From the IMG/VR virus record IMGVR_UViG_3300032285_001316, positions 29,152-93,151 of that record: a DNA stretch of 64,000 nucleotides; one strand, 5' to 3'. The notes under the pieces were generated by a model. The model saw only the letters and a list, made by a program, of their open reading frames with translations. It was not told the DNA's origin and ran no database searches. This DNA comes from a virus. The first letter of the stretch is position 1. Each line of letters starts with the position of its first letter. Of the stretch, positions 1 through 9,978 are shown piece by piece. Both the position numbers and the translations under genes were made by a program.

Positions 1-432
1 GGAGACCCCCGTACAACTCCTGGTGGTCAGGGTAAGGACTACGCGTACTTCACTCGCACCGAGGTTCGCCGCAAGGAGTACATCGAGACTGGCCCCGCAG
101 GTAACAAGACGCGCGTAGGACAGACGATTGCCCTGAAGACCCTGAAGAACAAGACTGCTCCCCCTTCGCGTACTGCGTTCGTAGACTTCTATTTTGCTCC
201 TTTGGGAATCTACGACGCAGGTGACTTTGACACCGCAAAGGAAATTGCTGCAATGGCAATTGTTCTAGGTGTTGTAGACCGCAAGGGTGGCTGGATCTAC
301 TACGGAGAGCGCAAGTGGCAGGGTGTAGAAAACCTGACCAGCTCTATTCGTGAAGAGGTAGACCTGTTTGACGAGCTTCGCGAAAAGGTGCTGAGCACCA
401 CGGACACTCCTACACCAGAAATGGTTGACTAG
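1..432 (+). CDS. recA: RecA/UvsX-like recombinase, C-terminal part (5' truncated by window)
   Basis: Frame 1 from base 1 reads GDPRTTPGGQGKDYAYFTRTEVRR...KNKTAPP...GGWIYYGERKWQG, matching the RecA motifs GNPETTTGG, KNKVAPP and GAWYSY. Confidence 0.9.
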   Translation, partial: GDPRTTPGGQGKDYAYFTRTEVRRKEYIETGPAGNKTRVGQTIALKTLKNKTAPPSRTAFVDFYFAPLGIYDAGDFDTAKEIAAMAIVLGVVDRKGGWIYYGERKWQGVENLTSSIREEVDLFDELREKVLSTTDTPTPEMVD

Positions 433-434
433 GC

Positions 435-752
435 GTGAAGAGCGAAGGCCAGAAGCAGTCCCAGAAGCATGAAAAGCGTATAGCTAAAACGGTAGGAGGG
501 CGACCCACCGCTGCTTCTGGGGCCTTCTGGTCCAACAAGGGAGACGTTCGTGCAGACGGTCTCCTTATTGAGCACAAGTGGACTGGTAAAAAAACCAAGA
601 CCATTAGCTCAGCAGAGCTGAAGAAGATCAGCATGGAGGCGTTCATGGACGGTCGCCTCCCTATTTTTGGTATTCATCTTGACGGTGAAGACTACGTCAT
701 TCTCGCGGAAACTGATTTCCTTGAAATTTGGAACAAACTAAACAATGATTGA
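435..752 (+). CDS. Archaeal-type (Hjc-like) PD-(D/E)xK resolvase
   Basis: HE..IA...GG....SGA....KGDV.....LIEHK motif; directly follows recA. Confidence 0.7.
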   Translation: MKSEGQKQSQKHEKRIAKTVGGRPTAASGAFWSNKGDVRADGLLIEHKWTGKKTKTISSAELKKISMEAFMDGRLPIFGIHLDGEDYVILAETDFLEIWNKLNND

Positions 753-1083
753 ATATGAGCACTGGACCGAAGACGCTAGGTGCTACGGCATCGAAGACCC
801 AGACATCTTCTTCCCACCCAGGGATAAGGTCCTTTACAAGCAGATCGCGGCAGAAGCAAAGGTGCACTGCCTAGGAGCTAACGGAAAGGACCCATGCCCT
901 GTTAGAGCACAGTGCCTGTGGTCTGCCGTTAAGGATGACGAACAGCACGGTATCTGGGGAGGCCTCAGCCATAGAGAACGCAACGCACTTGTGCGTAAGT
1001 GGTCTCGTGAGCTAAGATCAAAAATGACGCTGCAAGAGTACATCCTGCAGATAGACAAAAAAGGAGCAACTAAATGGCAGTAG
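745..1083 (+). CDS. whiB: WhiB-family Fe-S transcription factor
   Basis: C...DPDIFFP...C...CPVRAQC...GIWGGLSHRER. Confidence 0.92.
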   Translation: MIEYEHWTEDARCYGIEDPDIFFPPRDKVLYKQIAAEAKVHCLGANGKDPCPVRAQCLWSAVKDDEQHGIWGGLSHRERNALVRKWSRELRSKMTLQEYILQIDKKGATKWQ

Positions 1084-1931
1084 TGAAGTCAGACCTAAAA
1101 AAGTTTTTAGAGGCTAAGACAAAGCCTTCTCGCTTGCTTGGGGATATTGAACGTCACCTGCAGAAGCGCCCTGTAGGAGACCGCTCCACCACAGTTCTGC
1201 ACCCCTCAGAAATGATTAAGAAAGACTTCTGTCGTCGCGGCTCGTTCTTTCTACTGAGTGGTCGTACCAAGATTGCTGAGAAGCCAGGACTTCGCCTGCA
1301 GTCCATCTTTGATGAAGGACACGCTATCCACGCCAAGTGGCAACGCTGGTTCCAGGAGATGGGTGTGCTGCACGGACAGTTCCAGTGCCAGCGCTGTGAC
1401 AAGATCACGTGGGGTACTTCCCCCGAGCAGTGTGAGCACTGCGACGCTCCTTGGCAAAAGCTCACCTACGAAGAAGTAACCCTGTTTGACAATGACCTGC
1501 GCATCAAGGGTCACACGGATGGTTGGATCAAGGGCATCGGTGACGATACTCTGATTGAGATCAAGTCCATTGGTCCAGGAACAATTCGCTCTTCAGCTCC
1601 TGGGTTGTTTATGGACGCTGACGGAGATTTCATGAAGGCATGGAGCAACGTTCGCCGCCCATTCTCCGACCACATCATGCAAGGCCAAATGTATCTGGAA
1701 CTCATGAAGCGTATCGGTAACCCCATCAACGAAATTACCTTCTTGTACGAACTCAAGGCAGATCAGTCTTACAAAGAATTCAACGTCAAGGCAGACTATG
1801 AACTGGTACGTCACGTATTTGACAATGCCAAACTTATCGTGGATGCTGTAGATGCAGGCATTGCGCCTGAATGTAACAATAACCCTGGTGGCACGTGCAA
1901 GCAGTGCGCACCTTACGAGGAGGAAAATTAA
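1074..1931 (+). CDS. Cas4-like PD-(D/E)xK exonuclease
   Basis: LHPS...C, GHAIH, GHTDG...IEIKS, QGQMY, C-terminal C...CxxC. Confidence 0.8.
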   Translation: MAVVKSDLKKFLEAKTKPSRLLGDIERHLQKRPVGDRSTTVLHPSEMIKKDFCRRGSFFLLSGRTKIAEKPGLRLQSIFDEGHAIHAKWQRWFQEMGVLHGQFQCQRCDKITWGTSPEQCEHCDAPWQKLTYEEVTLFDNDLRIKGHTDGWIKGIGDDTLIEIKSIGPGTIRSSAPGLFMDADGDFMKAWSNVRRPFSDHIMQGQMYLELMKRIGNPINEITFLYELKADQSYKEFNVKADYELVRHVFDNAKLIVDAVDAGIAPECNNNPGGTCKQCAPYEEEN

Positions 1932-2209
1932 TGCAAGAAACATCGGTAGAGGCAAAGAAGAGCCTCAAGAGCAAGAACATCGAGGAAGTTCGCAAAAACA
2001 TTCTGATGATTCTGAAGCGTAAGCCTATGGTCGACTGGGACATGATTGACGCCTACAAGGCCCGCAAGCGTGCTCCTAAGGCATCTGACTCAGGTCTCCG
2101 CACTCGTCGTTCAGAACTGGTCAAGCTTGGTCTGATTCGCGACAGCGGTAAGCGCGCGCAGCTTCGCTCAGGACGCTACTCAATCGTATGGGAAGTCGTT
2201 AAGAAGTAA
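1931..2209 (+). CDS. Small basic protein, possible winged HTH
   Basis: ATG at 1931 after AGGAGG; [20 protein letters not shown]...R..IVW pattern. Confidence 0.5.
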   Translation: MQETSVEAKKSLKSKNIEEVRKNILMILKRKPMVDWDMIDAYKARKRAPKASDSGLRTRRSELVKLGLIRDSGKRAQLRSGRYSIVWEVVKK

Positions 2210-2664
2210 TGTCAGCAGTAAAGAAGTTCGAGGGGTGGGGCCTGACATTCCAGCGCCCCACTGGTGATCAGGTGCAGTTACCACCAGATATCACCGACAT
2301 CTCTTCTGAGAACCTTGGCCTACTGTTTACTCAGTTAACAGCGTGGACGGACTACATCGCTTCACAGGCAACCATGGCTCAGCTTGAGGAGCGTGCAGCC
2401 CTCAAGAAGAAAGAGCAAGTAGAGAACGCTCTCATGTTTAAGCGCATGGGCGCTCAGGCTAAAGGAGAGCGCGTAACTGCCATTAAGGCAGAGATTGCCG
2501 CGATGCAGGACGTTATCGATCTTGACAACGACTACGAAGAGAAGTACGCTTATCGTAAGTTGGTAGAGATGCTCTTGAGCAATCATGAGCGTGATCTATC
2601 ACTGGTTAGCCGAGAGATTACTCGACGGTCTAACGAATCACGGTTCACAAGAAAGGAATTTTAA
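2209..2664 (+). CDS. Coiled-coil hypothetical protein (possibly UvsY-like mediator)
   Basis: Helical ORF coupled to neighbours in the recombination operon; function inferred from context only. Confidence 0.4.
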   Translation: MSAVKKFEGWGLTFQRPTGDQVQLPPDITDISSENLGLLFTQLTAWTDYIASQATMAQLEERAALKKKEQVENALMFKRMGAQAKGERVTAIKAEIAAMQDVIDLDNDYEEKYAYRKLVEMLLSNHERDLSLVSREITRRSNESRFTRKEF

Positions 2665-2665
2665 A

Positions 2666-3022
2666 ATGGGTAAGATGAAGAATTTGTTCACTGAAATGAA
2701 TGAAGTTCCCGAAGACCTTTGGGATAGCTGGGAAGATTTTCAGTTTGAACAGGCAGCTGAGGCACAGTACCTTGAAGCCCTAAGCATTTTGCTATCAAAG
2801 CACCGCGACTACGGACCCAACAACATCGCTGGAAGCCCTGGTGGTCCTCTCAATGGACTACGTGTTCGCATGTGGGACAAATTGGCGCGTATCAACCACT
2901 TGATCGAGCAGGAAGTTTCTCCTAACCACGAAAGCCTTCGTGACTCATTCCTCGATCTTGCAAATTATTCCATGATTGCACTTATGGTTATTGACGGAGA
3001 GTGGCCCGATGGAGTTTCCTAA
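2666..3022 (+). CDS. DUF1599 / nucleotide-modification-associated domain (MazG-like fold)
   Basis: KHRDYG...RMWDKLARI...ESLRDSFLDLANYS signature; start moved to ATG 2666. Confidence 0.75.
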   Translation: MGKMKNLFTEMNEVPEDLWDSWEDFQFEQAAEAQYLEALSILLSKHRDYGPNNIAGSPGGPLNGLRVRMWDKLARINHLIEQEVSPNHESLRDSFLDLANYSMIALMVIDGEWPDGVS

Positions 3023-3212
3023 TCTAGCAGCCTTGCCAGAAGATCAGGTACAGCTAGTTCTTCAGGGGTACGTTGCAGGAATGATGGACGAAAAAGAATC
3101 CATCATTGCTCTCCTTAAGGACATGCAGGCAGACACCCAAGACCTGGTAGAGAAAGCTGTATACGAAAGTATCTTCGAACAACTCTCCGAGGGAGATATC
3201 AGTGGCGAGTAA
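3009..3212 (+). CDS. Hypothetical protein
   Basis: Operonic ORF overlapping neighbours. Confidence 0.5.
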   Translation: MEFPNLAALPEDQVQLVLQGYVAGMMDEKESIIALLKDMQADTQDLVEKAVYESIFEQLSEGDISGE

Positions 3213-3753
3213 GTGGGTCTATAGCCTCACTCCTAAGGAAGAAGCCGTTGCTGCCCGTGTAGGGTGGGAGCGGCAACTTCCTATGTTGGGGCAACCAGAA
3301 CGCAATCGTAATTACAGCGAAGGTGATATCTGGGAAACCTGGCAGCACATGATCTGTGCAGCATCCGAGATCGCCGCAGCCCGAATGATGGGCATGGATG
3401 ATTTCGAGCCACACGCCAACACGTTTAAGAACGTGCTGGATATCCCAGGATATGAAATTCGTTATTCCTTTACGCGGGAATGGGGAGACGCCAAGTACTC
3501 CCTCCGTTTCAAGGAAGGCGTAGACGATCCCAACCAGATCTACATTTTGATCGTAGGTGGACCAGAGCAAAAGACGCGCCGTTCTGCGGAAGACGGGTAT
3601 GTAACCCCTCCCTTCCGTGCCATAGGGTGGATGCGAGGAGCAGACATGGTACAGGAAAAGTACCGTGCACCATACGGTAAAGATAATTTCGCAGTAACTC
3701 CGATGGACCTTAACGAGATGGCAACCCTGCCCGTGGTGGAAGCCGTACAATGA
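3202..3753 (+). CDS. Hypothetical protein
   Basis: 183-aa operonic ORF, GTG start after GAGGGAG. Confidence 0.55.
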   Translation: MASKWVYSLTPKEEAVAARVGWERQLPMLGQPERNRNYSEGDIWETWQHMICAASEIAAARMMGMDDFEPHANTFKNVLDIPGYEIRYSFTREWGDAKYSLRFKEGVDDPNQIYILIVGGPEQKTRRSAEDGYVTPPFRAIGWMRGADMVQEKYRAPYGKDNFAVTPMDLNEMATLPVVEAVQ

Positions 3754-4358
3754 GTGTCAAGGAGTTCGACGGACATCTGCAAAAGAACCACAAAGTTTCA
3801 GTTGGTATTGACCAGTCGTTGACAGGGTTCGCTTTTTCAGCGGTGTCCGTCGAATCTCCCCAAGAGCATCACACGTGGGTGTTTAAGTCTCCGTACAAAG
3901 GCGTGCAGAGGTTACAAGACATTCAGGACTTTCTTTATGAGCGGTTTGAAGAACTGCGAGAGAATGACAACGAGATCCACGACATTGCCATGGAAGGCAC
4001 TGTTTTGGCATCCCAAGCTGCCCTAGTGTTGGGTGAGCTGGCAGCCACAGTAAAGCTGTTTATGTATGAGCACTTCTGGGGCCTCAACCACTACACGTCT
4101 GAACCCCCCAGACACCTACTGACTCCACTGCAGGTACCTCCGATGACACTAAAGAAGTATGCCACGGGTAAAGGAACAGCCAAGAAGCAGGAGATGCTCC
4201 TACAGATCTTTAAACGCTGGGGTATTGAGTTCAATGATGATAACGCTGCAGACGCATACGCACTCGGAAGACTTGCTGGTGGTCATGCAATCGATAAGAT
4301 CGAGCAAGAAGTTGTAGACAAAATGAATGACATTAAATACAGGGACGTCATTCAGTAA
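3750..4358 (+). CDS. ruvC: RuvC-like Holliday junction resolvase
   Basis: VGIDQSLTG, IAMEG, LKKYATGKGTAKK, DDNAADA. Confidence 0.88.
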   Translation: MSVKEFDGHLQKNHKVSVGIDQSLTGFAFSAVSVESPQEHHTWVFKSPYKGVQRLQDIQDFLYERFEELRENDNEIHDIAMEGTVLASQAALVLGELAATVKLFMYEHFWGLNHYTSEPPRHLLTPLQVPPMTLKKYATGKGTAKKQEMLLQIFKRWGIEFNDDNAADAYALGRLAGGHAIDKIEQEVVDKMNDIKYRDVIQ

Positions 4359-4420
4359 CTCCTGTATCCTTATTGTTGAGGACGGCGCACTAATTTCGAC
4401 AATTAAAGGACCACAAAATC

Positions 4421-4717
4421 GTGAGTGAAGAAGTAATTGCCCTGCCCTCAACCGAAGAACCGTTTCTCCGTGTAAGTGCAGGCTCAAACCCACAATCCGT
4501 TGCAGCAGCAATTGCACACGCAATCTACGAGAACCGAGCCGTAAAGCTCCGTGCCGTAGGAGCAGGTGCAGTTAACCAGGCAGTTAAGGCCATGGCAATC
4601 GCACGAGGCTACGTAGCCCCTCGAGGTTTAGACCTCACCTGCAAGCCAGGCTTTACCACAATTGAATCTCGTGACGGTGAGATTTCCGCAATTGTGTTTG
4701 CCATTTCAGCAGCCTAA
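4421..4717 (+). CDS. spoVS: SpoVS-family (Alba-like) protein
   Basis: LRVSAGSNPQSVAAAIA...LRAVGAGAVNQAVKAMAIARG...PGF. Confidence 0.92.
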   Translation: MSEEVIALPSTEEPFLRVSAGSNPQSVAAAIAHAIYENRAVKLRAVGAGAVNQAVKAMAIARGYVAPRGLDLTCKPGFTTIESRDGEISAIVFAISAA

Positions 4718-4754
4718 AAATAGCTTATTCTGGTAATAAGCGAAGGAGTCATTA

Positions 4755-5186
4755 ATGGCAACTCAGTACAGCGTGGGACACGGTATGCGTCGTCGTAGCG
4801 GAATCCCCTCGAACCCTCTGGAAGCAGCAGGAACAAGCATGGCACGTAGTCACCAGACCTCAGAAGAGGCCCACGAGGCAGCCTCGGCAGCAGGCAGCCA
4901 CCGTATTGCTATCGGTAGCGACGTATACGGCACCACCGCCGTTCCCGCTATTGCTGGTACTCCCGTTCCCCGTAAGAACACTCAGGCAGCTGACCCCACC
5001 GCTGGTGGCAAGGCAAACCGTAGGAACATCGAGAACATCGGCGCTACTTACCGCGTACAGCCTAAGTCGACTTTCGTACAGCTGGACCCTTCGGCTGGCC
5101 CCACAATGGCTAACGCCCGTATCGTTCCCTCGGTTCAGGGTCGCGAAAACCCTAACTTCGAAAGCGGCATCCAGGCCTCTTACTAA
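4755..5186 (+). CDS. Hypothetical low-complexity protein
   Basis: AAGGAG RBS; first gene of a tightly coupled operon. Confidence 0.6.
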   Translation: MATQYSVGHGMRRRSGIPSNPLEAAGTSMARSHQTSEEAHEAASAAGSHRIAIGSDVYGTTAVPAIAGTPVPRKNTQAADPTAGGKANRRNIENIGATYRVQPKSTFVQLDPSAGPTMANARIVPSVQGRENPNFESGIQASY

Positions 5187-5196
5187 GGAGTAGGGT

Positions 5197-5400
5197 ATGA
5201 ACCCTAACCTTTCTAACACGGCATTCCAGGACACTGGCATTCCGAGTGCAAACGCGCCTCACGCGCGTGTTCTTCCTATTGCCAAGGGACAGGGAGGCGG
5301 AATGCGTACTACGCAAGAAGCCTCGGTAGCCTCAATGTGGATGAACCCCGTAGATAGCCCACGCCCTGGCGGACTTTACATGGGATCGGTGGCACAGTAA
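5197..5400 (+). CDS. Hypothetical protein
   Basis: AAGGAG RBS; coupled ORF. Confidence 0.55.
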   Translation: MNPNLSNTAFQDTGIPSANAPHARVLPIAKGQGGGMRTTQEASVASMWMNPVDSPRPGGLYMGSVAQ

Positions 5401-5672
5401 TGGAAACTCCACGCGATGTAGCTGCTCCCCAACACAGCGCCTTACCACAACGTTCTTATGCAGAGGTTTTGGGAGGCGCTAATACTGCTTCCTCGCACGT
5501 TACAAGCCTCGCTCAGTTTAAACAGCGTGGTGCACGTCCCCTCTCCTTGATGAAGGAGACTGCCACATCGTCACCTCTAATCTGGCAGTCAAAGGATGTT
5601 AACGCTGGAGAAGGCCACATCGCTGGTTTGAACAAGACCAACCGAGGAACCGCACTAGAGACTGGTTTCTAA
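5400..5672 (+). CDS. Hypothetical protein
   Basis: TAATG coupling. Confidence 0.55.
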   Translation: METPRDVAAPQHSALPQRSYAEVLGGANTASSHVTSLAQFKQRGARPLSLMKETATSSPLIWQSKDVNAGEGHIAGLNKTNRGTALETGF

Positions 5673-5674
5673 TT

Positions 5675-6208
5675 ATGGCTGGTGCAGTAAACAACTTTTC
5701 TCCTCAGCAGAACTGGCAGTCCATTGGTGGTAATGGACTAAACGGGTACAACAACCAGGGCGGATATGGTGGCCCCGTAGCTCGTGGTGATCTAGATGCC
5801 ATTCGTATCGGTACTGGCCGTGTTCCCCAGGCGGAATACCCCGATGGCTACCTCGGTACGATCCGTTCACGTCGCGATGACCGCATCCTGGACTCCATTA
5901 AGAGTCGCGTAAATCAAAAAGCATATCAACGCGGTGTTCACAAGGGTGAGCGTGTTGAGCCTTCGGCATACTACTGGACCCCAGACTTTAATGATCAGTC
6001 TGGTCTGCAGCGTCAAATGAAGGCCAAGCAGGTTGAGATCAATGGTGTAACCGTATGGAAGTCACCCCGATACACCCAGGATGTTCGCCTGGTTCCTGCA
6101 CCACACCTTGTTAATGACGGTAAGTCCAACATGGTTTCCGATTCTCCTGGAACCATTAATGTGCAGCGATCCAACCAGCTGAACTACCTGAAGCCAAAGT
6201 GGGCCTAA
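5675..6208 (+). CDS. Hypothetical protein (AEYPDGYLGT...YQRGVHKGER)
   Basis: Coupled 177-aa ORF. Confidence 0.6.
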   Translation: MAGAVNNFSPQQNWQSIGGNGLNGYNNQGGYGGPVARGDLDAIRIGTGRVPQAEYPDGYLGTIRSRRDDRILDSIKSRVNQKAYQRGVHKGERVEPSAYYWTPDFNDQSGLQRQMKAKQVEINGVTVWKSPRYTQDVRLVPAPHLVNDGKSNMVSDSPGTINVQRSNQLNYLKPKWA

Positions 6209-6209
6209 T

Positions 6210-6572
6210 ATGAGCCAGTTTGACGGACGTTATGATTACACTAAGCCCTGGAACAACCAAGGGCCTATTACCCCTGGAGGAAACACTCGGTGGACCTACA
6301 ACGGTCCCTGGTCCTCCAACGAAGAGCGCCTAACACAGCAGGCCCTCGCCGTAGCGTTGATTCCTGGCGCTGAATTACAGGAATTGGTGCGCCCGAACCT
6401 TCCCCAAATCCAATTGTTCCCACCTCGATTTGGGTATGGCCCCCGTCCTCAACCAGAGATTGATGACGTTGTAAGTATCGACAGAAACTACGTGGAGCCT
6501 CGCGTTTCCTGGTATTCTGGAGGAGTTGGCTCCTACAGCGGTAGCAGCCGAAATGACTTAGGAGCAAACTAG
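6210..6572 (+). CDS. Hypothetical protein
   Basis: Coupled ORF. Confidence 0.6.
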   Translation: MSQFDGRYDYTKPWNNQGPITPGGNTRWTYNGPWSSNEERLTQQALAVALIPGAELQELVRPNLPQIQLFPPRFGYGPRPQPEIDDVVSIDRNYVEPRVSWYSGGVGSYSGSSRNDLGAN

Positions 6573-6576
6573 TCCA

Positions 6577-8076
6577 ATGGGTATTGAGCACTTTAACGCA
6601 GGGGCCGAAGCAGCACGCGGCAACGAAGCGCCTACACGCGACGCATCTGTAGCCCGAGATGAACGTGGAAACAGGCAAGTAGTTGACCCAGAAACAGGGA
6701 TCATTGCTCCCCGCAACCCTAACGCACCAGAAAACCAGGGCCTGCGGATGACTCCTGCTGGAAAGACCCCCGCATTTAAGGGAACAGGTAGGGGCCGCGC
6801 CACAATATCTGGAGGACGTGCATCGTCGGTTCCCACACGTCCTGCATTGCCCCACCCAGAATTTATTGATGAAGAGGGTAACCGCCGTGCATCAAACGCA
6901 CAGCACCAGGCTGAAAACGACGCCGTTCGTTCACAGGTATCTTCCTCTCAGGCAGAGTGGGACTCCAAGTACGCTCCAAAAAACGCTGCAGGAACTTCTA
7001 CCCCAAAGCAGGTAGGTCCATCACACCCCACAACCGACCGTAGAGAACTCTACAATGCAATGAATGAAGGCGGAGGACGTGAGCTAAAGAGCAGTAAAAA
7101 GCTCCTACAAGAAGCAAATGAGCACGCCAGCGTACTCCAGGGCCACATTACTCAGCTTATGGCAACACACGGAGATCATCCCGTAGTAGGTCCGCACATC
7201 CAGCGAGCACAGCGGTCACTTGTGGCGGCACAAAAAATCATGTCAGACAGCAGTCCTGCACGAAAAGACGGCGCAAACTCTATGTCGTATGGTCGTTACG
7301 CCAATACCGAGACGATGCAAAAGGCTCGACCAGCAGTCGCAGATATTCTTAAGCACGTTCTTGATGCGCACGATCACCTAACTCATAGCGATGTAACATC
7401 CGCAGGAGTATCTGCCCCCAGCGTTCCTCGCGTAGCATTAGAGCAAAACCACGCCATCGCAGAGGTGCAAGCGCGACACCCCAAGCTAAACTTCAAGCAA
7501 AGAGGTAAGGCTCCCAAGATTGTTGACTGGGGTCCCGTAGGTAAAGTCGACATGACCACTACTCATGGGCAAAACCTTGCGGCAGCCGCACGTGAGCAGC
7601 ACGAAGCCAAGACTCCTGGAGTCGACGTTAATGTTTCTGGTGAGCTGGGCGCTCCACAAGGAACTGCGCGCGTTCGTAAACGTTTTGAGAAAATGCCTGT
7701 TTCTGAAAGCACAAAAATAAATCGAAGCGGTGCCGCTCAGCAGCCTCGTCGTCGTCCAGCAAAGGCAGCCAGGGCAACCTCGTCAGCAAATATAGACGCT
7801 CCCAAAGCTAACGTTGAAACTAGAGCATTTACTACAAAAGATAGTAAAAAAGTAAAGGCTGATCAGGACCAGCCTACGCGTAAGCCACTACCGCAGGTAG
7901 AGGACGGTAAAACGTACGCTCCAGACCAGATTTACACACAACTTCGTATGCCTAAGGAAAACCCTGTAGCAGCTGGGCGTGTTGCAGAACGCAAGGCAAA
8001 GCGTAAGCCAGCCCAGACTCCTGAAATTAAGTCTGCACTGAAAAACATTGACAAGAAGCTTCGCGGCGGTAAGTAA
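6577..8076 (+). CDS. Large Ala/Pro/Arg/His-rich, probably disordered protein with N-terminal EHFNAG motif
   Basis: 499-aa ORF; biased composition. Confidence 0.65.
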   Translation: MGIEHFNAGAEAARGNEAPTRDASVARDERGNRQVVDPETGIIAPRNPNAPENQGLRMTPAGKTPAFKGTGRGRATISGGRASSVPTRPALPHPEFIDEEGNRRASNAQHQAENDAVRSQVSSSQAEWDSKYAPKNAAGTSTPKQVGPSHPTTDRRELYNAMNEGGGRELKSSKKLLQEANEHASVLQGHITQLMATHGDHPVVGPHIQRAQRSLVAAQKIMSDSSPARKDGANSMSYGRYANTETMQKARPAVADILKHVLDAHDHLTHSDVTSAGVSAPSVPRVALEQNHAIAEVQARHPKLNFKQRGKAPKIVDWGPVGKVDMTTTHGQNLAAAAREQHEAKTPGVDVNVSGELGAPQGTARVRKRFEKMPVSESTKINRSGAAQQPRRRPAKAARATSSANIDAPKANVETRAFTTKDSKKVKADQDQPTRKPLPQVEDGKTYAPDQIYTQLRMPKENPVAAGRVAERKAKRKPAQTPEIKSALKNIDKKLRGGK

Positions 8077-9044
8077 TGGCCAAGTTTAGGGTCGGTAAAA
8101 GCGGAAAGGCCACCACGGTTTCTGGTCAGGCCGCTGTTAGTGATGTAACTAACAAACGAGAGGCGCAGGAAACCGAGCTGAAAGCTAGAGACAACGCGTA
8201 TTCCACCCTAAACGCAGCAAAGCCAAACCTAAAGTCACTGGGTTTTGTGGGCCGTGATGCAGCTAATCCTCAAGGTGGTATGGCATCGCAGTTGACCAAG
8301 CAAATTGGTAAGGCAAGTTCCATCAGCAACAACCCCATGCACGGTCTCGCCATGACACGTATTGGCGATGAGCTAATGACGCGTATTGGTCACGCCGTTG
8401 CAGGTAGTGAGTCGGACGCAGAAGCCCTGGCAACCAGCCACGCACACATTGACAACGCTCGCGCAGATATTGCTGCTCATCAGGCAGCTCACGGAGCAGG
8501 AAACACCAAGGCAGCCCTTGGCTACCTGCACAGGGCGGGGATGCACCTGTCTAGTGCAGTAAACTCAATGCCTGAAGGATCCAAGGAAATCCTCAAGGAC
8601 TCCTGGACTCCTGCACAAAAGACACCGTGGCGAGTTCCCACAACAGAAAAAGACATAACTGGTTCTGGGTCTGTAAAGCAAGAAGCAGCTGATTTTGTTT
8701 CCTTGGCAAATGCCCACAGAGACATCAACAACATTGTTGGCGCATACCACGATCATGTTAAGGACATGACTGGTAGCCTGCCAGAAGGCATGGAGCGTCC
8801 CAAAAAGGTATCGAATACCACCAATCTAGACCTCAGTCGACCAGTAATTGCCACTCCTTTGCGTTCATACGTACATGAGTCAAAGCACCGTGATATTGCC
8901 GCCAAGGGCATGGAAGACGCAATGAAAGAGCGCATTCAGCAGATGGCGGAGGATGCCGTTGCATCCGCATCAGAACTGGGTGGGTCCTCCTCTGCAAAAC
9001 TTGGAGAGCATTTTAACGCTGGCGCAAAACACGGGAGGTCATAG
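8076..9044 (+). CDS. Ala/His-rich protein with C-terminal EHFNAG motif
   Basis: 322-aa coupled ORF. Confidence 0.65.
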   Translation: MAKFRVGKSGKATTVSGQAAVSDVTNKREAQETELKARDNAYSTLNAAKPNLKSLGFVGRDAANPQGGMASQLTKQIGKASSISNNPMHGLAMTRIGDELMTRIGHAVAGSESDAEALATSHAHIDNARADIAAHQAAHGAGNTKAALGYLHRAGMHLSSAVNSMPEGSKEILKDSWTPAQKTPWRVPTTEKDITGSGSVKQEAADFVSLANAHRDINNIVGAYHDHVKDMTGSLPEGMERPKKVSNTTNLDLSRPVIATPLRSYVHESKHRDIAAKGMEDAMKERIQQMAEDAVASASELGGSSSAKLGEHFNAGAKHGRS

Positions 9045-9244
9045 TGTTTGATGGAGATGGTGCAGATACCCTAGAGCTGCAAGCCTGGAAGATCGCACAA
9101 AATCAAATTGAGTACCGTGGGTCAGCCCCCTGTCCTACATGCGGTGTAATCATGAACCCAGTGGAGTTTATGTACAGCAAGGGCCTGTGTGCACCTTGTT
9201 ATGAAAACCGCATGGCAGGACGAGTAAAGCGAAAGCTCGCATAA
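9044..9244 (+). CDS. Small Zn-ribbon protein
   Basis: CPTC...CAPC. Confidence 0.6.
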   Translation: MFDGDGADTLELQAWKIAQNQIEYRGSAPCPTCGVIMNPVEFMYSKGLCAPCYENRMAGRVKRKLA

Positions 9245-9582
9245 TGGCCGAGATAGAGGCTGCATACGACATTCACCAGCGTGCACGTCACCTCGCGACG
9301 TTTAGTCAAGATCCCAAAGTAGTCCGTTATGCTAACCTCGCAGCAGACCACGCTGAAAAGGCTAATGGAGCCCACAACACGGGAGACACCGTTGGTGCTA
9401 GCGCTCACTTAGGTGAGGCAGCAAAGTATTTGCAGTCCGCCGCTACCCTTCATACTGGTAAAATGAACCGTGGAGATGTCGCATCCCCAGAGATTTTGGA
9501 CGTGGCGCACCTCGGTAAAGCACAAGAGCTGCACCAGAACTACGTAGACGAAATTAACAAAGGAAAGAACGATGGCCGTTAA
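9244..9582 (+). CDS. Ala/His-rich helical protein sharing a segment with 8076..9044
   Basis: AHxxG[ND]TxxAxxxLxxAxxxLxSA present in both. Confidence 0.6.
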   Translation: MAEIEAAYDIHQRARHLATFSQDPKVVRYANLAADHAEKANGAHNTGDTVGASAHLGEAAKYLQSAATLHTGKMNRGDVASPEILDVAHLGKAQELHQNYVDEINKGKNDGR

Positions 9583-9784
9583 CACAAGCCGTTCAATGAA
9601 CGAAAGCCTTGCTGAAGGAGCAACCGACGGTAAGTACCGTAAGGCGCGCCCAGATACTGAGGTCCTCGACATCGCAGGTCACGAAAAGACCATGGACAAC
9701 CGTCAGACACTGCACCCATTTGCAGGTTACGGTTTCTCCACATCTGAAGCTCCTGCAGAAGCACGCGTAAACCCAGGCAAGTAA
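9572..9784 (+). CDS. Hypothetical protein
   Basis: AAAGGA RBS; coupled ORF. Confidence 0.6.
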   Translation: MAVNTSRSMNESLAEGATDGKYRKARPDTEVLDIAGHEKTMDNRQTLHPFAGYGFSTSEAPAEARVNPGK

Positions 9785-9936
9785 TGTCTGCCCCAATGCC
9801 GCAGCCTCCTAAACCTGGGTTGCCAGTAAAAAACGCAACGCAGTTTCCCGTATCATCCCCCTCACAGGCCATGGGAGCTGCCAAACAGCGGTTACTTTCG
9901 CACATTCGCACAACCGCCGCGTTGAAAAAACTGTAG
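9784..9936 (+). CDS. Small hypothetical protein MSAPMPQPPKPG... (not in ORF track)
   Basis: TAATG coupling; 50 aa; contains NATQF. Confidence 0.5.
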   Translation: MSAPMPQPPKPGLPVKNATQFPVSSPSQAMGAAKQRLLSHIRTTAALKKL

Positions 9937-9978
9937 GAACATAGTAGACTAATCCGTAACACTAATTAGGAGCATTAC

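Noticed and set aside
1074-1931. CRISPR-Cas system suggested by the Cas4-like gene
   Set aside because: No repeat-spacer array or other cas genes; solo Cas4-like nucleases are common in phage recombination modules
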